Part shown: positions 11,371-23,914 of the stretch, in pieces
Layout: every line of letters starts with the position of its first letter
Position numbering within the stretch: position 1 is the stretch's first letter
Source of the DNA: Octopus vulgaris
Lineage: Eukaryota
Assembly (NCBI GenBank): GCA_951406725.2
Contig: OX597825.1
Coordinates: 35,340,001 to 35,404,000 of the forward strand
Length of the DNA stretch: 64,000 nt
Reading direction: 5' to 3'
Program-made: the position numbers and the translations under genes
Notes under the pieces: model-generated
The model's input: the letters and a program-made list of their open reading frames with translations, nothing else
The model's database searches: none
What the model was told of the DNA's origin: nothing

Positions 11371-13170
11371 GACAAAATTAGTGTTAGAGAAATCTGTCAA
11401 TTTTTCAAATTAAGCAACATTACCTTTCTATTACAAGTTGTGAAGTATTTCGTTCTTAATCACATACTTTATTTCACCGTGTTTAATTTTCGAATAAATT
11501 TACAGGGTTATAATGAACTTAGGTTAATTCCATTACTTTATACACATGTAAGATCATCGGTCGACAATTACCTAACGATATAACTTATATCTAAATATAT
11601 TTTCAATTGCCAGTGCTGTTATCTATTGCGGATTGACAAAATTGGTAGAACAACGAACAGGCGAAATACTTTGCATTATTTAGTTACATCCGTCTGTTTT
11701 ATTCTGAGATCGAATCCCGTTGGGAATTTGCTGTTTCTATAATTAATTTATCACTAATAAAGACAATAGCGGTCAAATACTGGCGTCGATATATTCTGCA
11801 GTTCTCTATCCTAAAATATAAGACCGTGTACTTTTGTTAGAAATCAATCATGATTGATTGGTTGACATCGGTTCAGGATTTCAGCTGCAATTAATCAGCA
11901 TCTCAATTGGTGTTAATCAGGATCTCAGCCAGTATTAATTTTGTTGTCACCTGGTGCTAATCCCCTGATGCTATACATACTGCTCCTTTTTTTCTGTAGT
12001 TCTCCCATCTCTGTGGTCAGGTGACTAAAGTGATGATTTACCCTAATATGGTCTCTGGTTACCATTTTGTAATCTTATTTGGCCAGACATTACTGGCGTT
12101 TAAAAACTTCGCAAAATAAGATAAATTCTTGTATCATAAAGTGAAAAGAATTCAAAAGAAATGAGGAGAGATAACAATAGCTTTTCAGGAGGCAACCTTT
12201 CTTTGAAATGTAAAAGGGAAAAGAGAACATAAAGTAGGATGTATGTAATCTTTTATTACGTGAGATGACCAATGGAGTATCTCGCGTACCAAGAGATTCG
12301 TGGCAAAGTGACATTCTTCGAATTATAAAAAGGAAAGATACAGTTTGAAATGTTGGAGCGTAGTCCCACCTTTCCCCAATGAAAGGAAGCGTGAGGTGAA
12401 TTTTGAAGTCTTGTAGGTTGCTTCTTTACAGAAGCGTAAGCAGAACGATAAATTTTGACACTTTGAGTATATTTCTTTCCCGAAGAAGGGAAGACATTAA
12501 CATTTTAGCGAGGGCTTTCTTTATTGAAGTATGAGAACAATTAAACATTGACACTTTGGATAGTTGTGTTTATTGAATAAGTGTGAAGGCAGACGAATAC
12601 TAATGTTTCGAACAGGGTTCTTGTACGATGAAAGAATGATAAAAAGAACGAATTCGGATTTTGCAATTGGAATGCTTCGTTTTTATCTCCCAAAGAAATC
12701 ATTGAAAACCATTATATTGTTTCATCCCTAATAAGAGGGGCTTATCTTTTTCTCTCTCCGTGTTCTGTAAATTTAGTCTATGAACTGTCATGTTTATCTT
12801 TAGTAAGTTCTTCAGCAAATGGGGTTCGTCTTGTAAATTGCAGCAACACCAGTGTGTTATTACGTGGATAGCTGTTTTGAAAACCGAGTTCATAGAATGA
12901 CTAAATATTTTATCAGTGGATCGAGTGTTTATATCCCGCTCTTGACACTATCCAGTGTTCATAACTAACAAATTTGACTTTTGTTTGTTCAGAAATACCC
13001 AGCTGTAAAGAAATGATAGTAATAACGATGTGGAAAATGATGGTGATTGTTTTTGCACAGTAATGATTGTAGCAATAACGGAAATGTATTGCTGCTTGCC
13101 CTGATCGCACACCAGTCGTGACGGTCCCGTCCTTTTCTTGTTTCCATGAAACTTAGCATTACGTTATCGA

Positions 13171-13580
13171 AGGCGCCGAGCTGGCAGAAACGTTAGCACG
13201 CCGGGCGAGATGCTTAGCAGTATTTCGTCTGCCGTTACGTTCTGAGTTCAAATTCCGCCGAGGTCGACTTTGCCTTTCCTCCTTTCGGGGTCGATAAATT
13301 AAGTGCCAGTTACGCACTGGGGTCGATGTAATCGACTTAATCTGTTTGTCTGTCCTTGTTTGTCCTCTCAGTGTTTAACCCCTTGTGGGTAGTAAAGAAA
13401 TGGGTATTTCGTCTGCCGTTACGTTCTGAGTTCAAATTCCGCCGAGGTCGATATTGCCTTTCCTCCTTTCGGGCTCGATAAATTAAGTACCAGTTACGCA
13501 ATGGGGTCGATGTAATCGACTTAATGTCCTTGTTTGTTCCCCCTATGTTTAGCCCCTTGTGGGCAATAAAGAAATAAGAA
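13171..13580 (+). mobile_element. SINE family B, full dimeric form
   Basis: Head, then unit 1 ending GTGGGTAGTAAAGAAAT, then unit 2 ending GTGGGCAATAAAGAAAT. Flanks CATTACGTTATCGAA / AATCACGTTACCGAA. Confidence 0.92.
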
Positions 13581-13689
13581 TCACGTTACCGAACGGATCC
13601 TTTTGCATAGCAGTATGGTGTTATTTGGGGGCAATTTGGCTGCTAGTTCTGGCACTTCGAATGACCACTTAGAGGTTTCCTCTTTGGAT

Positions 13690-14345
13690 GGTGGGGCGGC
13701 TGTTGATGTTAATGGAGTTCATAAAGTTGATAATATTTGTAGTGTTGGTGATATTGGGTGGTGTTGATGGTGTTGATGATGATGATGATGTTATTAATGA
13801 TGGCGATGATCTTTGCCATCTTGATGTATAGTGTTTGCTGATGTTGTTTGCGGTGCTGGTGTTGGTAGAGATCGTTGCGAGTTTTTTTGGAAGGTTGGTA
13901 ATATTTTCGGTGCTAATGATAATACTGATGATAGTGTTAACTGGTGGTAGCGGTGGTGGTGGCGGTGGCGGTGGAGGTGATTATGGTGGAGGTAATGGTA
14001 ATTGTGATTGGTGGTAGTGTTAGTGATGATGAGAGCGGGGGAGGAGTTGGTGATGCTAATGGTGATTATGACGGTGGTGGTGGCGGCAGTAGTGGTGGTG
14101 CTGATAGATGGTGGAGCGTTGGTGATAGTGGTGTCGATGGTGCTGGTAAAGGTGGTTGTGGTTGTAGTATTGGTGATGGTGTTACTCATAGTGGTGTTAA
14201 TAATGGTGGTGATAGTGGCGGCGGCAGTGAGTGTGGTAATTACAATGTGGATGTTGGCAGTGGTGATGTTGGTGATAGTGATGGTGTGGGTTGTAGTGAA
14301 GAGGATGGCGATGACGGTGTTGGTGGTGGTAGATAGAGGTGTTGA
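13690..14345. repeat. Degenerate GGT/GAT trinucleotide field
   Basis: Low-complexity sequence that accounts for the poly-G/V/T ORFs. Confidence 0.9.
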
Positions 14346-15180
14346 GTGATTTGGAATTGTAAAAACGCGGCGAAGAGATTATTAAGTAAAAAATGTGAAA
14401 CAGTATCGAAATTTTGTGAAAACGCTGGGAATTCCAGATAAAATTGGAGGATGGACGAGAGGAGAGGAAAGGAAGGAAGGAAGAAGAGGGAAACAAAAGA
14501 GAAAACGAGCGGGTAAAATGCAAGAGAGCAAGAAGGAGATATATAAAGAGAAAGACGAGATTAAGAGAGAGAGAGATGGGGAAGAGAAGAGAGGGTAAGA
14601 GAAGAGAGGGGGGAAGGAGGCAGATAAAGTGAAAAAGAGAAAGTGAGGCTAAGAAGATTAGGCAAATAAAACAAGTTTTAGAGGTCACCTACAGTTAAAT
14701 ATCGACTATAGACATTAAGTATAAAAGCATATGGTTTATACATAATCACACACACACACGCATGCACACACACATACACACACATGCACTTACTCACACA
14801 ATACTCACACATATATACACTCAGTGTGTGTGTGTGTGTGTGTACGTGCGCGCGTATATATATAAGGCTATTTAACAGTGGGCTAGCATGCACGACACAT
14901 TGATCTTAAGGCTGAATATTTGATTCTACATTAAACCCCTATATTCTATGCTCTGTGAATCTAAACATCACATAGGAAGGAAGGCCAAAGTGCAACGTAT
15001 TTTTGTCAAAATACCGAGGAAGTAAGCCGCCGGGTCAATGAAACCCGTATATGTCATTAAAACATAAGAATACCTTAACCTCTTTTCTGCATATTTGATA
15101 CACATAAACATGCATGTATGTATGTATGTATGTATGTATGTATGTATGTATGTATGTATGTATGTATGTATGTATGTATG

Positions 15181-15713
15181 AACTTATTAATATGCTGTTC
15201 ATGGAGCAAGTTATACTAAGGCTAAACAGGAAACAAAATATTGGACCTCTGCTTCACAAATAATGTTGTCGTTATCCATAATGTGAAGGTGACACCAACA
15301 ACACTCACAGATCACAACATCGTTGAACTAATTGTGTGTGGTCCTGCGCGAGCTGTTGGTATCTACCCTATCAGGAGGACTCAAGCCTTATCCAACCTGA
15401 ATTTCTATAGGACAAACTGGAAATCAATCCGCAAAGAGGTCCACAAATGAAACTGATCCAACATTCTATGCATGCAAGACATGAAATTCAGACAGTTTAT
15501 GTCCAACAGTGCAAGCTATATGCACTAAATATACCACAGAAAGAAAGGCCGCTGACAAACAAAATTTCCGGGGACAGAAAAATTCTTATGAGATGCAGAT
15601 CAAAGGTTTCAAAGTGGCTGAATAGGCAACTGAAGGATATGGAGAAGTCTGTCTTAATATGGACACTCCTAAAAATCGAAAACAAGACCAAAGTCTCACA
15701 CGAACGGGAAAGA

Positions 15714-15799
<86 letters not shown>

Positions 15800-15960
15800 G
15801 GAGGGAGAAAAGAACTATGGAAAGCATAAAAAGAAATCCCAAAGGTTTCTATGAAATAGGACCATTGTTCCACGGCAATGACCCACAGACAACGGACCCA
15901 GGAAGGATGAGTGAGATACTCAGTGAACTATTTAAAAGTGTCTTTACTCTCTCCACCCCT
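15181..15960 (+). mobile_element. APE-type LINE ORF2 fragment (CR1/Jockey-group-like), interrupted by (GA)n
   Basis: LDLCFTN...TDHNIV is the endonuclease C-terminal motif, followed by NFYRTNWKSI. Multiple frameshifts. Confidence 0.75.
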
Positions 15961-15999
15961 TGACACACGCAAATAAAAAATCATCAAGGTACAACATCC

Positions 16000-16740
16000 C
16001 CATGCAATATCGTCATGTCGCATAGGGAGCTAGTACCTTGATGACATTTTTGGGCAGCTGCTAAATCACGTGTGATGTCTCCCACAGAAATATGACATAA
16101 CCTACATTTACGGTTGCATCTTGGAACTCCAAGGGCTTAATTGTCTCTTCTGTTGATTAGGTATTTAGTAGCAATTTCCTGTTCTTGGATTGCAAATGCA
16201 TAGCCTTCGAAGTGTGATGTGATGTAGCGGTCACGAGAAGCTTCGTTACATGTCAATGTTACTACCTCCTTCAAATCTACGACAAACACACCCATGCATC
16301 GTCTTTTTTTTTTTTTTTTTGGCATGCTGAGTGTTTCACTTTCAGGTATTCTTTGAGGTATGCTTGTTCGGTTGATTTGGGGTTGCATGGAAGGACATCA
16401 GGAAGAGAGTACTTCCTGAGGAGCTCACTTCCAACACGTAGGATATTGTTCTCTTCATTTTTCAGCACTAAGTTAATGTATTTATTTTTGCTGCTGTTGT
16501 TTAGCAAGCGTTGTCTGGGAAAGACTATGTGACATTCGAAGGCTGTCTGCACTGATCCCAAGTCCCTACCGCCTTTATCTCTTCTAAGGTAAAAATATTA
16601 AAATCTTGCTGGTTTTCATCTCTATGGAATGGATTTCTTCTACAGAGCAGTCAAGTATCCCAAATGTTGGAATCAATACTGGTACTGCAAGTGAATTGTG
16701 GAATATTGTCTTGTTGTAAGAGGAGTGTTGGGACTGCCGT
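16000..16740 (-). mobile_element. R4/Dong-type RLE LINE fragment (subfamily 2)
   Basis: HNSLAVPVLIPTFGILD, DKGGRGLGSVQTAFEC, TSHFEGYAFAIQEQEIATKYL, and the zinc knuckle CRLCHISVGDIT...SSCPKMSSRY*LPMRHD. Confidence 0.88.
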
Positions 16741-16856
16741 GTGTATGTATGTATGTATGTATGTATGTATGTATGTATGTATGTATGTATGTATGTATGT
16801 ATGTATGTATGTATGTATGTATGTATGTATGTATGTATGTATGTATGTATGTATGC
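16741..16856. repeat. (TATG)n microsatellite
   Basis: Seen directly; many similar arrays occur across the window. Confidence 0.95.
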
Positions 16857-16884
16857 ATGTACGCTTGTGCGCATGTATGTATAC

Positions 16885-17115
16885 TCAGATGGGAGGGCTT
16901 ATTATTGTGAATTCTTCGTATGCACAGACATTAGCTTTTAGAACAACGATGTAGAACGTAGCCTTGATAGCAGAATAGCAGAGAACGCTTATAGATAAGG
17001 AGTTATAGATTGTGGCTCAGAGACGAAGAGAATGAGAGGCACGAAGTGATAGATGGAATCCATGTTGGAGCGAGCGAATTAGACGAATATTCGTGAAGAG
17101 AAAGCTGAATCTTCC
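16885..17115 (-). mobile_element. Decayed APE-type LINE, ORF2 N-terminus
   Basis: Manual translation across frameshifts gives FSFLFTNIR..RSNMDSIYHF..PLILFVSE...QGYVL...ANVCAY, resembling the N(I/V)RGL / E motifs at the start of APE domains. Confidence 0.5.
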
Positions 17116-17407
17116 AACATATGTTTTGTTTTAAGTTTTCATTGTTTTGAACTGATTAGGTTGTGATAGAAACAATATCAGCAGTTGCTGATAGATCTAT
17201 TGGAATGTTGTACTCGTTAGAGCTCCAGTTACTAACCAGGGAAGAAGAGAATAGATCAAGGATGGCCAAGCTGTCAGATAAGAAGAAATATACAAGTATT
17301 TCCTCACATCCTTCAAACGTGATTTATATTTTAAAAATTATATTTGTAAATAAGGAAATATATCGTTACATACTGTTCATAAAAGTATGTTGATTAATCG
17401 CTGCTTA

Positions 17408-17631
17408 TCTTTAACTTGTTTCAGTCATTGGACTACAGCCATGCTAGAGCACCACCTCGAAGAGTTCAATCGAATAGATCAATACCAGTACTTAATTTTT
17501 AAAAATACAGTACTGATTCTATCGGTTTGTGGACCTGCTATGTTATAGGGACGGAAACAAATCAACACCGGTCGTCAAGCAGAGGGGCGGGCGCAAAAAC
17601 AAAAGCACTAGTATACACACACATACAAATA

Positions 17632-17723
<92 letters not shown>

Positions 17724-17891
17724 TGTGTTTATACAACGGACTTCTACACAGTTTCTGCCTACCGAATTTACTTCCAAAGCATTAGTCGGCCCGGAGTTAT
17801 GGTTGAAGACATTTGCCTAATGTTGTTTAGTGGGATTGAACCCGAAACCACATACTTGCAAAATGATCTTCATAACCACAGCGCTATGCCT
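17408..17891 (-). mobile_element. SINE family A with expanded internal (GT)n
   Basis: Tail at 17408-17610, (GT)n at 17634-17726, head ending near 17891. Confidence 0.85.
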
Positions 17892-18705
17892 ACCGTTGAA
17901 TATTTCTGTTTTGTTTTCTTTCTTTCCATTTTTGCTACTAATGTTTCAAATTCCGGCTTAAAGGATGTTAGCTCTTTTGAGCCACGCAGTGTTTTGGCAT
18001 GTGTAGTCAAAGAGACCAAAGTATTTTTCTTTTTTTCTGTTGAAATTTAAAAAATTGCATGTAGAAAACAAAAGATAAAGTGCCTAAAACTATTTCATTA
18101 GTATGTAAAACTATATATATTATATAGCTTTATATCATATCTACCGAAAGACTATCCCTGATAGGCCCACTTCAAAGCGTTTGTTTCATTGGGCCAATGA
18201 ATCAGCCTCGAAGTCCTTTCAGCTTGCATCACTTGGGCCCATCAATCGGTCCGGGTGTCGCAAGAGGGTTAAAGTTGTTTTAATGAAAATAGCACTAAAT
18301 CTCAGTATTATCTCGGGAGCTGCATATAGAAGATTTGAGAGCCGCAGTTTGACCTCTGTTACACATTAGAGGGTAAGATTTATGATTTCTCTCACACTTA
18401 ATCATCACTGAGAGACTTTCTGCACCTGTACTTTAAGATAAACACTGACACCAAGTAAAAGATAACAAAATCGTAATTGGTTTGTCAAGAGATTATGTTA
18501 TCCGCAGCTGATAGCTTGACTTCTGACGATTGCAAGTTAGTGTTCTATTAGATATAAGTTGCAGACTATATAGATTTATTCGGAATCGAAATTCTACGTC
18601 ATTACTGCCCTGAGCACCCAGAAATTAGTTGTGGGGGAAGCGGTAAGGTAAAAATCAGATTAGAAATGGAGTGGAACTGTAGATATATATGTATACAAAT
18701 AAGTA

Positions 18706-19219
18706 CTGTAAATCCTCGAGTATAGTCTGCCCTTGAGTATAATACGCAGGGGATTTTTAGGGGGCTGTACCTCTGAAAAAGCTAAACTTTGTGCATAATA
18801 CGCACCCCTTCTCTAACTTGAGTCGTGCGTAATTAAGCCAGCAGCATCTAGTCGAACAAACACTTCCGCGCATGCGTAATACAATAATGGTGATATTCTT
18901 AACTGTAATGTAAATATGTTTGCAAATTGTTTTAGTTACATGTTATTCTGTGATCTGAATACTTTTATTTTAATAAATGTTGCTTAATGCAAGTTATAGA
19001 TGATTCTTTTACGACTTCATTACTTTCAGGCTTAGCTCAAGGTATTTTCGCGCCCGACATCACAAAATGCGTCTGAATGAACATTGCTGGACAGTAAATA
19101 AAGACTGGGACATTGCTTGGAAAATATCTTTCATTTTTAACCTCGTATACAGTACGCACTAGGGATTTTGACCTTCAAATTTTAGGAAAAAAATGCAGAT
19201 TATACTCGAGGATTTACGG
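18706..19219. mobile_element. Tc1/mariner-superfamily (pogo/Tc2-like) MITE
   Basis: 25-bp TIRs CTGTAAATCCTCGAGTATAGTCTGC / GCAGATTATACTCGAGGATTTACGG (23/25), TA on both sides, and a subterminal repeat of the TIR motif. Confidence 0.9.
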
Positions 19220-19418
19220 TATATACATATATGTTCGTGTATGTTGATGCATTTAAACATACACACAAACACACACACACACATACAAGATGCGTGTGTG
19301 TGTTGTATTTTCGTGGGTCAACTGCGCTTTTAGGCATTAGAGAATATATTCTCAATGTACCAGGTGTCAAAAGCACACATGAAAGTAAGTCAGAGGCAAG
19401 CGAGACAGCTCACATCAT

Positions 19419-19759
19419 GCGTAGGAATGTCTGTGTGGTAAGTAGCTTGTTTACCAACCACATGGTTCCGGGTTCAGTCCCACTGCGTGGCACTATGGGC
19501 AAGTGTCTTCTACAATAGCCTCGGGTCGACTAAAGCCTTGTGAGTGGATTTGGTAGACGGAAACTGAAAGAAGCCCGTCGTATATATGTATATATATGTG
19601 TGTGTGTATGTGTTTACGTCCCCGTAACCTAGCGGTTCGACTAAAAGACCGTTAGCATAAGTACTAGGCTTACAAAGAATAAATCCTGGGGTTGATTTGC
19701 TTGACTAAAGGTGGTGTTCCAGCATGGCCTCAGTCAAATGGCTGAAACAAGTAAAAGAG
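19419..19759 (+). mobile_element. SINE family A
   Basis: Head with GGTTCAGTCCC, GGGCAAGTGTCTTCTAC, and the standard tail. Confidence 0.9.
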
Positions 19760-20455
19760 TATGCACTATGCGTCTATATGAGAGAACGTCCCAAGGCTTA
19801 ATACCGCTATATTTGGTGTTCTAAACAAAAAATCCACGTTAAGTTGGATATATGGATTGTTTTTTGGTACTAATACTGCTTTCGTCGGTAATAATGCTGC
19901 ATGCATATGTGTGTGTGTACGTGTATATGTATGTATACATATATATGTATATATATATATGTATACACACACATACACACACACACGCACATTTGTAGCA
20001 GTCGTGCGCCTATTTTACATAAAAGATACACTATATATGTGTGTGCGTTTGCATAAGTGTGTGTGTGTGAGTGTGTGTTTCTGTGTCTATGTAAGTATGT
20101 ATGTACATGCTACATTTTATATAAATCGCAATTTTTAGCAAATTAACCTAGACATTAGTGCATTAAGGAAGAGGAAATATTTCTTTTCAGCAAAACAATG
20201 ACTCTCACAAACCTAATATCCTAGCCATCTTAGGAAATATTTTTTAAAAAAATTACCCTTTGAAAAAATTTTGTAAACGTCGGAAATATGCGTAGACAGG
20301 TTGGCCTGCAACCGATTATAGCAAAGTCTGCTGTCATATGGTGTGGCTTCACCCGTAGTAGTGAATCCAGGCAGCTGAATGGAAATTTACATAGATTTAT
20401 ATATAAAAAATGTTAAAGTGAAACACACACACACATACATACATACATACATACA

Positions 20456-20489
<34 letters not shown>

Positions 20490-20645
20490 CATACATGCAT
20501 GCATGCATACATAAATGTATACATATATCATTTATGTGTGTGTGTGAGTGTGTAGTCAGAGATGGAGGTATATATGTATGTATGTGTGTATGTATCTATC
20601 TATCTCTATATCCACGCGCGCGCGCAGGCACACATATAGTAGATC

Positions 20646-20688
<43 letters not shown>

Positions 20689-20892
20689 TGACAGGTATAC
20701 ATATAGACAGATGCACATAAATATATATATATATACAAGCGCATATACACACAAATACACTTATATATGTGTTGTCAGCATAAGTCTAAATTTATATAGA
20801 CATACATACATACATACATACATACATACATACATGCATGCATATACATATACATACTTGCTAACACACACAAACACACATACACACACACG

Positions 20893-20929
<37 letters not shown>

Positions 20930-21065
20930 TCTCTCTCGCGGGCCCAGCTGATGTTATCTACATTCCAATGAAAGTTCCTTGTTCCTGATTTAGAAGCTGC
21001 TTCTTCCTCCATCGGTGAAGGCTCAGAAAAAAGCCAAAATATACATACATACTTACATACATATC

Positions 21066-21145
<80 letters not shown>

Positions 21146-21649
21146 CATGTGTATGTATGTGCGCATGTATTTGTGTATGCGCGTCGGTATGTGTGTATGT
21201 GTGTATATATGAGTCTGTGTGCTTGCGTTTGTATATGTGCGTATATATACTGATTCCATGGAATAGGTAAGTTTATGGCAAGTAAAAGCATTACAAGGCG
21301 TTTGTAATTTGAAAACTACCTTGGAATACTGTCAACAACAAACAGGCAGTTGAATAGAAGAAGCAGACTTCAACATTCCGATGAAGATTAAACAGAAGCC
21401 GCAAATTTCTACAATTTTTGCTCTTCAGGTGATGATTCTGCGGAGAGATTTTTCAGTAATTGAAACTGTTGTTGTTCATCATCAGTAATCTCTGACTGAT
21501 CAAGGTATTCCAGCCATGACCATCTTGTCTTTGTACGGATTTCTACGATGTGTGTGTTTACAACAATTTCAGTTCAGCCGCTACGCGGGTGTGATTCGAT
21601 TGCTGAAAACTATAAAGAAGCGCGTCGTATGCATGTTTGTGTGTGTGTG

Positions 21650-21731
<82 letters not shown>

Positions 21732-21769
21732 TGTATGTATGTATGTATGTATGTATGTATGTATGTATA

Positions 21770-21932
21770 CTCTTTTACTTGTTTCTGTAATTTGACTGTG
21801 GCCATGCTCGAGCACCCCTTTTAGTCGATCAAATCGACCCCAGGACTTATTCTTTGTAAGCCTAGTACTTATTCTATCGACGTCTTTTGCCGAACCACTA
21901 AGTTACGGGGCGTAAACACACCAGCATCGGTG
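21770..21932 (-). mobile_element. SINE family A, 3' half
   Basis: Matches the family A tail. Confidence 0.8.
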
Positions 21933-22082
21933 TGTGTATATATATCTTCGTTACAATATCATAAATCAGGAGAAGAGCATGTCCCATAAAATATAGAGCA
22001 GTTGTTTATTTTTGTATGTGTAACGTAATAGTTTAGAAAAAAACCCATTGGCGTACATACATATATAGGTACACACACACAC

Positions 22083-22113
<31 letters not shown>

Positions 22114-22450
22114 CATACATACATACATACATACATACATACATACATGTGTATGTAGAGAGAGATAGTTCTGTATGTAAACGTCTATGTTTATATTTTT
22201 TGTGTTTTTTCTTTTACTTGTTTTTGTCATTAGACTGCGGCCAAGATGGAGCACCGCCTTGAAGAAATTTTAGTCGAATGTATCGACGTAAGTACGTTTT
22301 TTTGAAGCCTAGTACTTTTTCTATCGTTTTCTTTTTGTCGAACCTCTGGGTACAGACACGTAAACGAACCAACATCGGTTGTTAAACGGTGGTGGGGCAC
22401 GAACACAGATAAACACGTGCGTACAATCAGACATGCACAAACACACATAT

Positions 22451-22506
<56 letters not shown>

Positions 22507-22685
22507 ATAATAAATATTAGGGAATAAATCCAAATTTACAGGGAAAAAATCAGATTTAGGATTAAATCCAATTTTATAGTAAAATATTATATAATATTAA
22601 TTCGAGACAAAACCACTATTTTGCAAAACAAACAAGGAAAGACTTAATCAATACATAAAAATTTTAATATAAAATAAATAAACCG

Positions 22686-22729
22686 CCACTACAATCGTTT
22701 CATGTCTTCCAATGACATTCATCAGGTGG
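22686..22729 (-). ncRNA. Minimal type I hammerhead ribozyme (PLE-type)
   Basis: CCAC CUGAUGA AUGUC auuggaa GACAU GAA ACGAUUGU A GUGG. Stem I is CCAC/GUGG, stem II is 5 bp, stem III is quasi-palindromic, and the cleavage triplet is GUA. Confidence 0.8.
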
Positions 22730-22797
22730 ATTTCCGTTCTTCTAATCAGTTTTAATTTATGAAGTCATAAATAAAAACTGATTAGAAGATCGGAAAT

Positions 22798-22841
22798 CCA
22801 CCTGACGAATGTCATTTGAAGACATGAAACGATTGTAGTGG
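22798..22841 (+). ncRNA. Minimal type I hammerhead ribozyme (PLE-type)
   Basis: CCAC CUGACGA AUGUC auuugaa GACAU GAA ACGAUUGU A GUGG. The CUGANGA, GAAA and NUH core motifs are all present. Confidence 0.8.
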
Positions 22842-22926
22842 CGGTTTATTTATTTTATATTAAAATTTTTATGTATTGATTAAGTCTTTCCTTGTTTGTT
22901 TTGCAAAATAGTGGTTTTGTCTCGAA

Positions 22927-22987
<61 letters not shown>

Positions 22988-23193
22988 ATATATGTATAAA
23001 TGTATATATACATATATATATATTTATTCAATGGGCTTCATTCAGTTTCCGTCTACCAACTAAATCCACTGACAAGACTTCCGTGGGCTCGAATCTATAG
23101 GAGAAGGCACTTGCCCAGGGTGTCGGCTGCGTGACTGAACCCGGAAACATGTGGTTGGGAAGCAAGCTTCTTACCGCACAGCCATATTTACAT

Positions 23194-23284
<91 letters not shown>

Positions 23285-23645
23285 CAATTCGTGAGAAAAA
23301 ATATAAATTCTCGAAAATTAATTTGCTAAGATATTATTAATTTTGTTATCATTTGGAGTGACTATTTTAAAAAGTGATAACAGAATTAATAATTTAGGCA
23401 ATCGCAGGCCCAAGAAATAGCTGTGGGATAAAAATTAAAATTAATCAAAGGTCATACTAAGTATGTCTGCCTGCTGGAAATAACAGTCAAAATTCTTATA
23501 CTGAAATGTATAATAAGAGATTTTATTAGCTTAATCTGCTTTCGATTGATTTCTGTAGTTATCATCAGTGTACTTTTGTCGATATAAACAAGAGTTTTGA
23601 CTGTTATTTCCAGTAGACAGACATAGTAATTTGATTAATTATATG

Positions 23646-23692
<47 letters not shown>

Positions 23693-23730
23693 TGTATGTA
23701 TGTATGTATGTATGTATGTATGTATGTATG

Positions 23731-23773
<43 letters not shown>

Positions 23774-23914
23774 ATGTATGTATGTATGTATGTATACGAG
23801 AAATTATATCGAAGTCCCAAACAAATTTGTTTTCTGCAAAATGATCAACCATATTGGACTTCCAAATATTGCAAGTTTGCATAAGCGCCTCTGCCAGGCT
23901 CTTATTCTTAAATC

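Larger units (their letters stand above)
22503..22933. mobile_element. Penelope-like pLTR-derived inverted duplication (340-bp palindrome plus ~90-bp one-sided extension)
   Basis: Arms 22594-22762 and 22765-22933 with a 2-nt spacer, about 4 mismatches and no indels. (TA)n lies on both sides, and each arm contains a minimal hammerhead. Confidence 0.8.
22211..23186 (-). mobile_element. SINE family A split by a nested insertion in its internal microsatellite
   Basis: The tail half (22211-22440) and head half (23030-23186) are collinear and on the same strand, separated by (TA)/(TG) repeats plus the palindromic insert. Confidence 0.8.

Noticed and set aside
21395-21432. Minus-strand CTGAAGA-GCAA...TTGT-A-GAAA hammerhead candidate
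   Set aside because: There is an extra base before GAAA and no stem III, NUH or stem I closure.
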